Shown in pieces: positions 1 through 8,474 of a stretch of DNA of 64,000 nt (within the stretch, counting starts at the first letter, position 1; each line of letters opens with the position of its first letter). Location: the IMG/VR virus record IMGVR_UViG_3300048904_000041, positions 37,544-101,543 of that record. One strand, written 5' to 3'. Position numbers and translations under genes: made by a program. The notes beneath the pieces are model-generated. The model did not search any database and was not told the origin of the DNA. It saw only the letters and a program-made list of their open reading frames with translations. Source of the DNA: a virus. Lineage: Duplodnaviria > Heunggongvirae > Uroviricota > Caudoviricetes.

Positions 1-223
1 GTGTCAAGTCAGTTGGTGGCTGAGGTTGCTCACAACTAACAGTCAACGGACGACCAGTATAAGCGCAACGGGTGCGAGTGTAAATAGAGCGCATCTGTGC
101 AAAAGTTAGCGTAAACTCAATACCACGGGTTGCTGCATTGTCAACCTTGTGCTTATACTTGCGAGCCATCATCAGGTCAAACTTGACAGGGGTCATACCG
201 TGGATCAAAGACTGAGAGGACAT
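1..223 (-). CDS. hypothetical protein, 5'-partial in window (MSSQSLIHGMTPVKFDLMMARKYKHKVDNAATRGIEFTLTF...)
   Basis: Minus-strand ORF with ATG at ~221-223 preceded by AGGAAA RBS; runs off window start; not in ORF track because no stop in window. Confidence 0.45.
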   Translation of the reverse strand, partial: MSSQSLIHGMTPVKFDLMMARKYKHKVDNAATRGIEFTLTFAQMRSIYTRTRCAYTGRPLTVSCEQPQPPTDLT

Positions 224-317
224 TACTGCATTTCCTAAGCTATTCGTTAATGTGTAGGTATCATCCCATAAGGGGCTAAACTAGGTCAACCCCTTACAGC
301 GATAAATCTACATCCCA

Positions 318-1136
318 TTACACACGTTTAACTTTGTGTTGCTTAATCAAAGCTACGTCATGCGAAACAATCTCAACTTGCAGTTGATTGACCTGAGCTT
401 GCAGGGCTGCTATTTGCGCCTCAAGCTTATCTTTCTTGCTTTGAATCTTACCAACCTTCGACAGAATTGCCTTGACAGACATATTCCCGATGTTGTGTGC
501 ATGCATTACACGAAGTTTGCGTAAGTCGATAGAACGACGATCTACATCCTCCGAACCGTGTGGGACAAAGTATGGGTCTGAACTATCGTCGTCAGTGTGC
601 AAAACCCACAAAGTGTTATCTTCACGACGCTGACAGATTGTTTCACCCTTGACAATACCAACACGTTGAGCCGGTGTCATGTCGCTGGTCAGTTCATCCG
701 ACCAGTCGTTGAGACAGTGCTGAATCAATTCTTTCAACTGAGTCAGGCGGTTGGCACCGTATTCACCTTCCCATTTGTTAGTATTGCCGTTCCACGCTTC
801 CTCGGCCTTGATGGTTGCTTGGTCTGTATCCGTCATAAAGTCTGGGTGACGTACAGGAAAGTGATACGCACCAGAATACGATGGTAGACGACGAATCAGG
901 TTGTCTTTAACACGGGAGAACATGTTAATTTCAGAAGAACGCCAGTTACCACGACCGATGTTGTCACAGATACCGTAGTTCGGGTAGAAGTAATCCGAAT
1001 CGACATATTCACCTGCACGGTGCTTGATCGCATAACCTTCACACTCAAGCAAAGCCTTGATAGTGTGTTTGTGCTTATCGCTTTTGTATTCGTAGTCAGC
1101 AGGAACGACGGTGTTTTCGGTAAGAATCATAGACAT
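318..1136 (-). CDS. hypothetical protein with C-terminal coiled coil
   Basis: 272-aa ORF; C-terminal heptad-like LEAQIAALQAQVNQLQ; driven by promoter at 1195-1223. Confidence 0.6.
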   Translation of the reverse strand: MSMILTENTVVPADYEYKSDKHKHTIKALLECEGYAIKHRAGEYVDSDYFYPNYGICDNIGRGNWRSSEINMFSRVKDNLIRRLPSYSGAYHFPVRHPDFMTDTDQATIKAEEAWNGNTNKWEGEYGANRLTQLKELIQHCLNDWSDELTSDMTPAQRVGIVKGETICQRREDNTLWVLHTDDDSSDPYFVPHGSEDVDRRSIDLRKLRVMHAHNIGNMSVKAILSKVGKIQSKKDKLEAQIAALQAQVNQLQVEIVSHDVALIKQHKVKRV

Positions 1137-1194
1137 TGTTCTGAAGCCTTATCCTAATGGTTAGGAGAGATTTATTCCCTCCTTTGTGTGGTTG

Positions 1195-1223
1195 ATTTTA
1201 CAGCGTTGGTACAGCGTGTCAAC
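1195..1223 (-). promoter_or_regulatory. sigma70-type promoter (TTGACA-16-TAAAAT) with AT-rich UP element
   Basis: minus strand reads AAAAATAAATGTTGACAcgctgtaccaacgctgTAAAAT; member of repeated GTCAACATTTATTTT motif family. Confidence 0.6.
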
Positions 1224-1509
1224 ATTTATTTTTAAACTTTCGTACTTCTTCGTGGAATCTATTAGGAACCTTGTGTACTTCGACACCCCATGCGTTACAG
1301 AAATATTCAGGTAGTTCACCGTTTGCTTGAATGTAAGCCCATGAACGACCATTGTCATCATCACGAACGAGTACAATACTCATTTCAGGGCAATCACCCT
1401 TGAATAGGTATGATGCTTTATAACTTGTTTGAAACCAGTGTTCGACAACTTCAACTTCACCGTCAACAACTTCGGTTTCTTCTACATCCCACTCATAATA
1501 AACAGCCAT
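1219..1509 (-). CDS. hypothetical protein (start trimmed to internal ATG MAVYYEWD...)
   Basis: ORF 1219..1599, but first ATG lies inside the promoter -35; internal ATG follows the -10. Confidence 0.45.
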   Translation of the reverse strand: MAVYYEWDVEETEVVDGEVEVVEHWFQTSYKASYLFKGDCPEMSIVLVRDDDNGRSWAYIQANGELPEYFCNAWGVEVHKVPNRFHEEVRKFKNKC

Positions 1510-1558
1510 TTCAATTACTCGATTTTGATTGAGGCTTTTCCTCTCTCTCTTTCCGCCC

Positions 1559-1586
1559 ATCATACCCGATTGATTTACCGCGTCAA
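1559..1586 (-). promoter_or_regulatory. sigma70-type promoter (TTGACG-16-TATGAT)
   Basis: minus strand TTGACGcggtaaatcaatcgggTATGAT preceded by AT-rich tract. Confidence 0.5.
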
Positions 1587-1952
1587 CATCTATTTTCAAA
1601 TTCTTTTAGAGAAGTACGCATATAGATGACCGCGTGCGTGCGCGAATACCACAAAAGAAAATGAAATGCAAGACTTGTGCTTTGCTTTGTTTGCTGTATA
1701 GTGAGGGTATGAGGTGGCGGGGTAGTAAACCCGGAGACAAACAGGGAGCGTGGACGCTATTTAGGTTTGGCACAGGAATTGCTTGTAAATAAAGATGTTG
1801 CAATCCTGAGATTATAGGTGTAGGCTTTAAAAACGTCGTCGAGCAATCGAGGGCGGAAGTGTGCTTAACACAAATTCGGCTTTAGAGAAGTCGGTGTGTT
1901 AATGAGAATGATACGCTCTATCGAATGCGAATGAGTTTCATTCAACCGGGTA

Positions 1953-2003
1953 AATGAGAATGACTCTCAATCCGGGTTCCAAATGGGTATCATTCTCATT
2001 TGG
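1953..2003. repeat. inverted repeat AAATGAGAATGA...TCATTCTCATTT within long non-coding region
   Basis: seen directly; additional AATGAGAATGA / AATGAGTTTCATT copies at 1898-1940. Confidence 0.6.
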
Positions 2004-2019
2004 GTGTGGAATTTTTCGG

Positions 2020-2140
2020 GGTAGGGTGCCCTAGCTACATCTACGCAGTAGGGCGGCTTAGCTACATCTACGGTCATCAAAACCCAATGAAATTTTTTTG
2101 GGAGTAGGGCGGGCTTAGCCACACCGGTGTCATCAAAATT
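2020..2140. repeat. three imperfect direct repeats (GGGTAGGGTGCCCTAGCTACATCTACG / AGTAGGGCGGCTTAGCTACATCTACGG / AGTAGGGCGGGCTTAGCCACACCGG) each followed by TCATCAAAA
   Basis: seen directly; iteron-like arrangement ~55-bp periodicity; no ORF. Confidence 0.6.
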
Positions 2141-2195
2141 TCTTCACTCATTATTCCTCATCAAATTTCAAAAGTCAATTCTATTTTCGATAGAC

Positions 2196-2228
2196 AAAAG
2201 AAAACCCGCCGAAGCGGGTCTCTATCTT
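2196..2228 (-). terminator. rho-independent terminator hairpin ACCCGC-CGAA-GCGGGT + T-run (minus strand)
   Basis: AAAAGAAAACCCGCCGAAGCGGGTCTC; reverse complement gives GCGGGTTTTCTTTTG. Confidence 0.65.
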
Positions 2229-2231
2229 TTA

Positions 2232-2471
2232 TTACTTAAGCCATCCTAACTTAACAGCTTTATCCAATGCCTTAATCAGATCGCGGGCCATTTCAGCGTC
2301 ACGAATCAGAAGGTAGTCACTTGTCTTATCCATGATTTCAACAGTACCGGGGTATGAAGAGCTTTCAATTAGTACACTGGCGTAAATATTACCTGTTTTA
2401 GTATCATCATCGTCAGCAAATCGGATGATATCAACTACTGCTTGTGCCGTTTGGCGTACATCAATTTCCAT
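2232..2471 (-). CDS. hypothetical protein
   Basis: 79-aa ORF, followed by terminator. Confidence 0.5.
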   Translation of the reverse strand: MEIDVRQTAQAVVDIIRFADDDDTKTGNIYASVLIESSSYPGTVEIMDKTSDYLLIRDAEMARDLIKALDKAVKLGWLK

Positions 2472-2626
2472 TATTCAACATCCTCTTCTTGATACGCTTT
2501 AAGGTCACGACTTGCCTTACGTTGTTCACGACGTGTAGCACCTTTCTTCTTACCTTGACGCAATTCTTCCTCTTGCTTCCAGTCCAGTTTACGTTTGGTG
2601 ACTTCGAACTTAACTACTGCGGACAT
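2471..2626 (-). CDS. small basic hypothetical protein (51 aa, MSAVVKFEVTKRKLDWKQEEELRQGKKKGATRREQRK...)
   Basis: ORF below track cutoff; TAATG overlap with downstream gene start. Confidence 0.35.
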   Translation of the reverse strand: MSAVVKFEVTKRKLDWKQEEELRQGKKKGATRREQRKASRDLKAYQEEDVE

Positions 2627-2635
2627 CTTATTTCC

Positions 2636-2890
2636 TTACTTAACGTATTGATTGATTGCTTTGTTGTGACGCTCGATTGTACTCATTACATCATAGTCGG
2701 ATAGATTGTTGACCCAACCGTCAAACATTTCACAACAATCGCTAAAATCCTCAGAAATCTGAATGTAATGCTCATATGCACTATAGTGTCGGATATAGAA
2801 AAATCCGTCAGGATATTTAACCAGTGTGAATCCGTTATCTTTAAGATACTTATCACTTAGAACGTTAGACAATTTTAAACCCTCTTTCAT
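2636..2890 (-). CDS. hypothetical protein
   Basis: 84-aa ORF in tightly packed minus-strand series. Confidence 0.5.
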   Translation of the reverse strand: MKEGLKLSNVLSDKYLKDNGFTLVKYPDGFFYIRHYSAYEHYIQISEDFSDCCEMFDGWVNNLSDYDVMSTIERHNKAINQYVK

Positions 2891-3131
2891 TTGCTGTCAA
2901 TACAAAATCAGCTACGGCATCGTATTCAGCAGTACCATCTACACCCTTCTCAAGACGATCTTTCACATGAGCAAGAGCTTGATCAGAGTACACCAGAATG
3001 GATAAGACATCAAGCTCACATGCGTAATCCAGCAGGTAATAGAACCGCTCGTGTACCGAATATTCATCAGGTGTGGGTTGAAGACTGTCAATGATGTCAA
3101 GCAACTTTTCTTTACTCATTTTTCGATCCAC
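2865..3131 (-). CDS. hypothetical protein
   Basis: 88-aa ORF. Confidence 0.5.
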   Translation of the reverse strand: MDRKMSKEKLLDIIDSLQPTPDEYSVHERFYYLLDYACELDVLSILVYSDQALAHVKDRLEKGVDGTAEYDAVADFVLTANERGFKIV

Positions 3132-3258
3132 TCATAACCAAGGATTTTTACCAAACTACCACTACGATAGTACAGGTTGAATCCGAATAAGTCAAGACGT
3201 TCCACATATCCAATTCGACTATATTCAAGCCAAAGGAACGCCCACCTGTGTTCGCGTT

Positions 3259-3657
3259 TCACACCACACTCCTTACTCCAACCAGACGAACAACACCACC
3301 GAAGTCAATGAAACCTTTACCAATCCCGATGATCCCACCTACCTCTACATCATCTTGCTCAAGAACACGGATTGCACCTGTCGCTGTGCACTCAAACTTC
3401 GCACCTGCATAACTCAGACCTCTGTGACGATTGATTAGACGTTGACACCATGTGTGGTATCGGCTGTCACGGTCGAACTTCCAGAGGTCTTGTAGCTGGA
3501 ACTCAAGCTCACGCAGGTATGCGAGACGCATGGGAAGGTCATGTACAGCCAGTGTATTGTCAATGATAACTTCCATATGCTCATGTAGAAGATCGATCAG
3601 ACGAACATCGTCATCCGAAATACCACGTTGTGAAGCGAGTTGACGGTTTGCAGCCAT
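3259..3657 (-). CDS. hypothetical protein
   Basis: 132-aa ORF, start overlaps upstream stop. Confidence 0.5.
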   Translation of the reverse strand: MAANRQLASQRGISDDDVRLIDLLHEHMEVIIDNTLAVHDLPMRLAYLRELEFQLQDLWKFDRDSRYHTWCQRLINRHRGLSYAGAKFECTATGAIRVLEQDDVEVGGIIGIGKGFIDFGGVVRLVGVRSVV

Positions 3658-4091
3658 TACCTTTTACTCCATTTGAATTTGTCAACAATCATAGACCAGA
3701 TGGTGCGAGATTGCAAGCGTTTGATTTCATCTTTCAGCGACCAGATTTCATCCATCGCCAAACGTCTTCCGACAATAACACCTTGATCATGTGCTTCGTC
3801 TTTGAACATCGTCACAATCTTTTCAAGGTCACGATCCATGGCAATGAACCGCTCATCTTTCAGATACAGGTGGTCATTACCTTCTTGACCCGGTTGACCG
3901 ATGAACGTTGTGTTGCTAACTCGATGAACCCGAGCATTGTGCTGGATACCTGCCTGTTTTTCAAGAAAGACGTCATCACTATTTACACAGCGATGGGGTG
4001 ATTCGAAGTACATCATTGGAAGAATGTCACCATACGCAATCACGTTAGCTTTGGTGACCTTAAATAGCGTTACATTACGACTTGCTACCAT
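3657..4091 (-). CDS. hypothetical protein
   Basis: 146-aa ORF (track start is TTG; ATG 2 codons in). Confidence 0.5.
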   Translation of the reverse strand: MVASRNVTLFKVTKANVIAYGDILPMMYFESPHRCVNSDDVFLEKQAGIQHNARVHRVSNTTFIGQPGQEGNDHLYLKDERFIAMDRDLEKIVTMFKDEAHDQGVIVGRRLAMDEIWSLKDEIKRLQSRTIWSMIVDKFKWSKR

Positions 4092-4267
4092 TACCAAACC
4101 CCTAGAGCTTTACCCTGTTCACGTAGAATGTCACCTAGCGCACGACCTTCAGTGACGATCATGTCACCCTCACGCATCTGCCAAGGGCGAGCATTGTCAT
4201 CCACTTTAACGAACGAGTAACCAGCTTTTTCAAGAGTAGCTTTTACAACAGATGCGAGACCAAACAT
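4091..4267 (-). CDS. small hypothetical protein (58 aa, MFGLASVVKATLEKAGYSFVKVDDNARPWQMREGDMIVTEGRALGDILREQGKALGVW)
   Basis: ORF below track cutoff, TAATG-coupled to downstream gene. Confidence 0.35.
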   Translation of the reverse strand: MFGLASVVKATLEKAGYSFVKVDDNARPWQMREGDMIVTEGRALGDILREQGKALGVW

Positions 4268-4276
4268 ATCTAATCC

Positions 4277-4714
4277 TTAATCAGTCAGTTTAACCAGTGT
4301 GCAGATACCGTCTACTTTATCAGCGTATGCTTGTTTAATCAAGCTAGCTTTCTCTTCAGCAGATGGTTGACGGTCACGAATAATTGTGACAATGAACAAT
4401 ATCAGTACGGCTGATGTAATTCCCCAACCGGCAGCGCCGAAAGCATATGCAAACGCAGCCCAAGTACCTTTCTCAAACACCACACCCATAATCAATTGGA
4501 TCGGTGCTGCAATCATACTCACAACAGTACCAACAATGAACGCGATAAATACAAGCATAATTGCACTAAACCAAAGAGCAGCAATCAACGACCATGTAAC
4601 TGCACGGATGTACGTGCATGTGGTGTGACAGCCAAGATCAAACTTGTTCTTCGCAGTGCGTGTTCCGAAACGATCAACTGCTTTGTAGTGCCAAGAGTTT
4701 TTAGAAATGTTCAT
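4277..4714 (-). CDS. integral membrane protein (3-4 predicted TM helices)
   Basis: long hydrophobic stretches LIAALWFSAIMLVFIAFIVGTVVSMIAAPIQLIMGVVF / AGWGITSAVLILFIVTII; ATGA-coupled to upstream ORF. Confidence 0.55.
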   Translation of the reverse strand: MNISKNSWHYKAVDRFGTRTAKNKFDLGCHTTCTYIRAVTWSLIAALWFSAIMLVFIAFIVGTVVSMIAAPIQLIMGVVFEKGTWAAFAYAFGAAGWGITSAVLILFIVTIIRDRQPSAEEKASLIKQAYADKVDGICTLVKLTD

Positions 4715-5031
4715 ACTACACCATATTCCTTTTTCAGAGTATCGAGTTGAAGTTGACGATTGTCAATCGAAATTTGAAGCAGTTCGAGTTTATTACGCAT
4801 GTCTTCAAGATCTTTATCGATTATTACAATCTCATGAATAACATCCATAGTCATCTTCTTCGGTTCGATATACAGCTGGAAGCATTTATCATCATAAGTA
4901 CCTTCATGACCTTCAAGGGAAATACCTGTAGGTACTTGATGAGTAACCGTATAAATACCACCTTTATACGTATTCATGTAATTACCACTAATACGAATTA
5001 CTTTGCTACCGGGTTCAAAAATCTGAGTCAT
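4711..5031 (-). CDS. hypothetical protein
   Basis: 106-aa ORF, start overlaps NTase stop (ATGA). Confidence 0.5.
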   Translation of the reverse strand: MTQIFEPGSKVIRISGNYMNTYKGGIYTVTHQVPTGISLEGHEGTYDDKCFQLYIEPKKMTMDVIHEIVIIDKDLEDMRNKLELLQISIDNRQLQLDTLKKEYGVV

Positions 5032-5975
5032 TTAATTTCCCCTTCAAATGGTTTCAGTAGGTGAGCGTTTTTGATGAATCGCTCTGTGTAATCATTCTCG
5101 CCCATCTGCTTGTACAGGTCAAGCACTTTATCGTAATTTTCCCATGCATATTCACGGAACCAGCCACTGGTGATACTTGTGCACACCTTCTCCAGCGCCT
5201 TCATAAAGCTCTCACGTGGTGTTGGGCCACATTCCTTACCCAAGGTGAAAGGAATCTGAGAACGCTCCAGAGCAAGCACACAGGTCTCTTCGTACACACC
5301 ATACAAGCGGATGTGTTCGTGAACACCCATAAACTTCTCTTTAGAAGTCATAACTTCAGAACCATCCTTCATATAGAAGGTGTAAGCAGGTCTGGTAGTA
5401 TGATAGTACCCTCCGTCAACCTCATACGACTCGGTTTTCAACGCTACAGTAAGGTGAATACTGTCGTGGTCGTACACATACGGAACCCCATCACCGTCAA
5501 AGAACTCCTGTTTGCTGACATCCAGCTTAGGGTGCTTGTATGTGTAGGTTTCACGCTCACGCTGTTTGAACCACTCACTCTCAATAATCAACTGAGCATC
5601 TGGCGAAACATGCTCGCGAAGTAGCTTAATATCACGCATAGTCTTCGCAAAGTGTGTACTGTTCCGTAGGTAGCGGTGACTCATCTTCAAGGCGTAGAGC
5701 CAGTCTACAGAGGCTACACCTTCACCACCGTAAACGTCAAGCAATGCACGTGCTGCTGTACCTTCCCAAGCGATTTCGAATTCATTGTTCCATCCGTCTT
5801 TGGTGACCACGTGGAACTTGGTGTCCGACAGTGGTGTACAATGCTTAATAACAGCCTTGTTCTCACGTGTCCATTTCTGGAACTGTTCAAAGGTGCAGAT
5901 GCGGTCAGTGTCAGCCGGTGTACGATCAATGAGTAGACCGTGGTACTCAAGTGCAGCAGATCCAATTACAAGCAT
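5028..5975 (-). CDS. Pol-beta-superfamily nucleotidyltransferase-fold protein
   Basis: N-terminal hG[GS]x(9-13)DhD signature: VIGSAALEYHGLLIDRTPADTDRI; 315 aa. Confidence 0.5.
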   Translation of the reverse strand: MLVIGSAALEYHGLLIDRTPADTDRICTFEQFQKWTRENKAVIKHCTPLSDTKFHVVTKDGWNNEFEIAWEGTAARALLDVYGGEGVASVDWLYALKMSHRYLRNSTHFAKTMRDIKLLREHVSPDAQLIIESEWFKQRERETYTYKHPKLDVSKQEFFDGDGVPYVYDHDSIHLTVALKTESYEVDGGYYHTTRPAYTFYMKDGSEVMTSKEKFMGVHEHIRLYGVYEETCVLALERSQIPFTLGKECGPTPRESFMKALEKVCTSITSGWFREYAWENYDKVLDLYKQMGENDYTERFIKNAHLLKPFEGEIK

Positions 5976-5984
5976 TTCAGTGTC

Positions 5985-6122
5985 CTATGGTAGCAATGGT
6001 TTACTGTGACGTTGTGTCATCAGTTTCGAATACAGAGATGGTAAATCAGGTGTGACACGTTTGTCAATCCATCCCCGTAGAATATACTTACGCTTGAGCA
6101 TCTGAATGTTGTCCATGTACAT
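5985..6122 (-). CDS. small hypothetical protein (MYMDNIQMLKRKYILRGWIDKRV...)
   Basis: AAGGAC RBS before ATG; the longer track ORF 5985..6299 has S/T-rich low-complexity N-part likely spurious. Confidence 0.3.
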   Translation of the reverse strand: MYMDNIQMLKRKYILRGWIDKRVTPDLPSLYSKLMTQRHSKPLLP

Positions 6123-6132
6123 ATGTGTGTCC

Positions 6133-6531
6133 TTAGCAAGAGTGGTCGGAGTGCATCCATTTGACTGCTGATTCCAATGGGTCAGTTGATTCCAAGATCG
6201 GGTCAACACTCCAAGTGTCCCATGGGCACCAGTCGAGCATGTTGTCGATGTCATTGTTCTTTGCGAACTCACGGATTGAATCAGCATCAATGGAGACACG
6301 CTCTTTGAATGCTTCGATCATTTCAGCTAGTTTACCGAGAGCTTCACGCTTTGACAACACTTCGTTTACTTGCTTAGCTTCACGCTTCTGTGCTGCTAGC
6401 AATTCACGTGGTCGGTTTTCTTCCCAAGTGCTTCCGGGAACCCATGGTTGGGAAGGTGTATCAAGAATGGTCTGACGGGCAACACGGTTCACTGGAAGAT
6501 CAAGGTTGTCAAGAATTTCATTAACGTTCAT
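6133..6531 (-). CDS. hypothetical acidic protein (start at MNVNEILDN...)
   Basis: AGGAGATGTACA-ATG RBS; earlier in-frame ATG lies within promoter -35. Confidence 0.5.
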   Translation of the reverse strand: MNVNEILDNLDLPVNRVARQTILDTPSQPWVPGSTWEENRPRELLAAQKREAKQVNEVLSKREALGKLAEMIEAFKERVSIDADSIREFAKNNDIDNMLDWCPWDTWSVDPILESTDPLESAVKWMHSDHSC

Positions 6532-6557
6532 TGTACATCTCCTGTTTAGATGCGACC

Positions 6558-6586
6558 AGTGTACCACCTTGAACACCAGTGTCAAC
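6558..6586 (-). promoter_or_regulatory. sigma70-type promoter (UP + TTGACA-16-TACACT)
   Basis: GTCAACATTTATTTTAG motif copy. Confidence 0.5.
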
Positions 6587-6603
6587 ATTTATTTTAGACA
6601 AAA

Positions 6604-6628
6604 GAAAACCCGCCGAAGCGGGTCTCTT
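6604..6628 (-). terminator. rho-independent terminator (ACCCGC-CGAA-GCGGGT)
   Basis: identical hairpin to 2204-2219. Confidence 0.65.
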
Positions 6629-6630
6629 GT

Positions 6631-6900
6631 TTAGCAGTGTGCCGAGCTGGAAGACCAGTTGTCAGCATCAGCCCAACTGAATTCCTCATAACCCGAACTG
6701 TAGTAGAACTTCAGGTCTACGGACTCAGCAAGCTTTTCAGCTTCAGATACAAGGGTGTTCAACTGAGCCTTGATTTCACGAAGCTTTAGGATTACTTCTT
6801 GACGACTATCGCGAATAGTATTCTTGTACTCAAGCTCAGCCTTAGCCATTTCTTCTCGCATGATTTCAAGCTGACGACGTGTCATACCTGCGTGACTCAT
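6631..6900 (-). CDS. hypothetical coiled-coil protein (start at MSHAGMTRRQLEIMREE...)
   Basis: AGGAGAAAGATA-ATG RBS; avoids overlap with upstream gene. Confidence 0.5.
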   Translation of the reverse strand: MSHAGMTRRQLEIMREEMAKAELEYKNTIRDSRQEVILKLREIKAQLNTLVSEAEKLAESVDLKFYYSSGYEEFSWADADNWSSSSAHC

Positions 6901-6913
6901 TATCTTTCTCCTA

Positions 6914-7381
6914 TTAGCAGCGGGACGATGCCCAATCCGAGTTCTCATCAAGGTCTGCAACACCAGCAGGCATACTGCAAGTGTAAGGCAAACCAGCTTC
7001 GTGGGACAGAGTCATTGCTTGTTCAACTGCGTTGTAAGCGACCTTATTCAACTCAGCAATCTTACCCATGTTCTCTTTACGCTTCTCTTCGATTTCAGCT
7101 ACGAAGTTTGGACGCTCAGCAATGAATGCAAAGAACTCTTCACGGGTAACCTCTTCACCTTCATCGTATTCGTCAAGATATGGAAGTTCACCATCCACTT
7201 CAAAGCCTACGTCATATTGTCGAGTACCACCACCATAAGGACTGGTGTAGTCGTATTTCCAACCTTCGAACACCACTTCACTGTTGTTTTCGTGTCGAGC
7301 TACAACACCTTCAGGCCAGTCGTTGTAATCGTGTTCAGTTTGGTTTGCAAATTCCAGTACCAGAAATTCTACCAAGTTCAT
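6914..7381 (-). CDS. highly acidic hypothetical protein (D/E-rich, aromatic-rich)
   Basis: 155 aa with runs such as YLDEYDEGEEVTREEF, VADLDENSDW. Confidence 0.55.
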   Translation of the reverse strand: MNLVEFLVLEFANQTEHDYNDWPEGVVARHENNSEVVFEGWKYDYTSPYGGGTRQYDVGFEVDGELPYLDEYDEGEEVTREEFFAFIAERPNFVAEIEEKRKENMGKIAELNKVAYNAVEQAMTLSHEAGLPYTCSMPAGVADLDENSDWASSRC

Positions 7382-7668
7382 GCTTTTTCTCCTTCAGGTT
7401 GTTTTACATTTGTTTGTTCAAGTACATCATCATTAAGCGGTGGAATAGGCATAAGGTAACGGGTGATGATCCGACGCTGACGTTTATCCTCACTAAAGCT
7501 AATCCATGTATATGATTCATGTGGACTTGTCGATTTAAGCTCACCCGGTTTTAGGATGGTATCAACCATCGCACAGCGACCTAAGAATTCAGAATTCTCA
7601 GAAAATTCGACATTTATGATAATCGCAGGTTGACCCTCAACAATGTTATTCGGGTTGAACGGTTGCAT
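7378..7668 (-). CDS. hypothetical protein
   Basis: 96-aa ORF, ATGA overlap. Confidence 0.5.
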   Translation of the reverse strand: MQPFNPNNIVEGQPAIIINVEFSENSEFLGRCAMVDTILKPGELKSTSPHESYTWISFSEDKRQRRIITRYLMPIPPLNDDVLEQTNVKQPEGEKA

Positions 7669-8077
7669 CTTCTTTCTCCACGAATTTGTAAACGTTGTAA
7701 CGAACAGTAGTCATACCACCTTCACGACTAATGCTGTTTTGACTACCGAGATACATACTAGCCGACCAACCATTTGGTGCATCTTGCTCAGCATGGATCT
7801 TACCGATTTCCTTACGGATGACATCTTTGTCATAGCTATCGCATTTGATCGTTTGTACACGTGGTTCCGTCACCTTGACTTTACCGACGTTTTGAAGACC
7901 GCGAACTTCAATAGGTACTTCAGTCGTGTACAAACCAGTAATACACTCACCGAACTGCTGAGCTGTAAGCTTGATTTCTGCAAAATGAATGTTGCTATCA
8001 CGGTCTTCGATCTTGATATAGACATTGCCGTCAGACGAACGAGCAATGCAGATGTTACCGTTGATTACCTGAGTCAT
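7646..8077 (-). CDS. hypothetical protein
   Basis: 143-aa ORF. Confidence 0.5.
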   Translation of the reverse strand: MTQVINGNICIARSSDGNVYIKIEDRDSNIHFAEIKLTAQQFGECITGLYTTEVPIEVRGLQNVGKVKVTEPRVQTIKCDSYDKDVIRKEIGKIHAEQDAPNGWSASMYLGSQNSISREGGMTTVRYNVYKFVEKEDATVQPE

Positions 8078-8283
8078 TATTCTTTACCCCATTTACTTAC
8101 AGAACGGTCAGTTGTCAGGAATGTTTTGGATCGATACTCAGTCGAGTCAAGGATAGATTGTGACTCTTCCTTTGTCAATACAATACCTTCTTTATAACGA
8201 AAAACCATACCAATCAGGATAAGCTCCATCAAAATGAGGATCATACCATTACTGTTCAGGAATTCGATTACTTGAGTAGACAT
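8077..8283 (-). CDS. small membrane protein
   Basis: hydrophobic MILILMELILIGMVF. Confidence 0.4.
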   Translation of the reverse strand: MSTQVIEFLNSNGMILILMELILIGMVFRYKEGIVLTKEESQSILDSTEYRSKTFLTTDRSVSKWGKE

Positions 8284-8474
8284 TCTTCTGTTCCTAGTTT
8301 TAAATGAATTTCGCGGATCGCCGCTTGATATTGAACATCCTCAAGATACTCGATTGGGATATCACTGTCAAGCCAATGAGCAAAATGTTCTTCAAGACAG
8401 GTCATCCCGAGGGACAGTCCGTACTTGCAATCGGCTACAGCCATTTCATGATCGATATTCATTCTTCTCTCCAT
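8268..8474 (-). CDS. hypothetical protein
   Basis: 68-aa ORF. Confidence 0.4.
   Translation of the reverse strand: MERRMNIDHEMAVADCKYGLSLGMTCLEEHFAHWLDSDIPIEYLEDVQYQAAIREIHLKLGTEECLLK

Noticed and set aside
1627-1640. Alternating CGCGTGCGTGCGCG as Z-DNA/regulatory element on its own
   Set aside because: Too short and isolated to interpret independently, so it is folded into the non-coding region finding.
5985-6299. 104-aa ORF with S/T-rich N-terminus
   Set aside because: The N-terminal two thirds overlap the upstream gene 6133..6531 in another frame and look non-protein-like. Only the 3' 45 codons with an RBS were kept as a low-confidence small gene.
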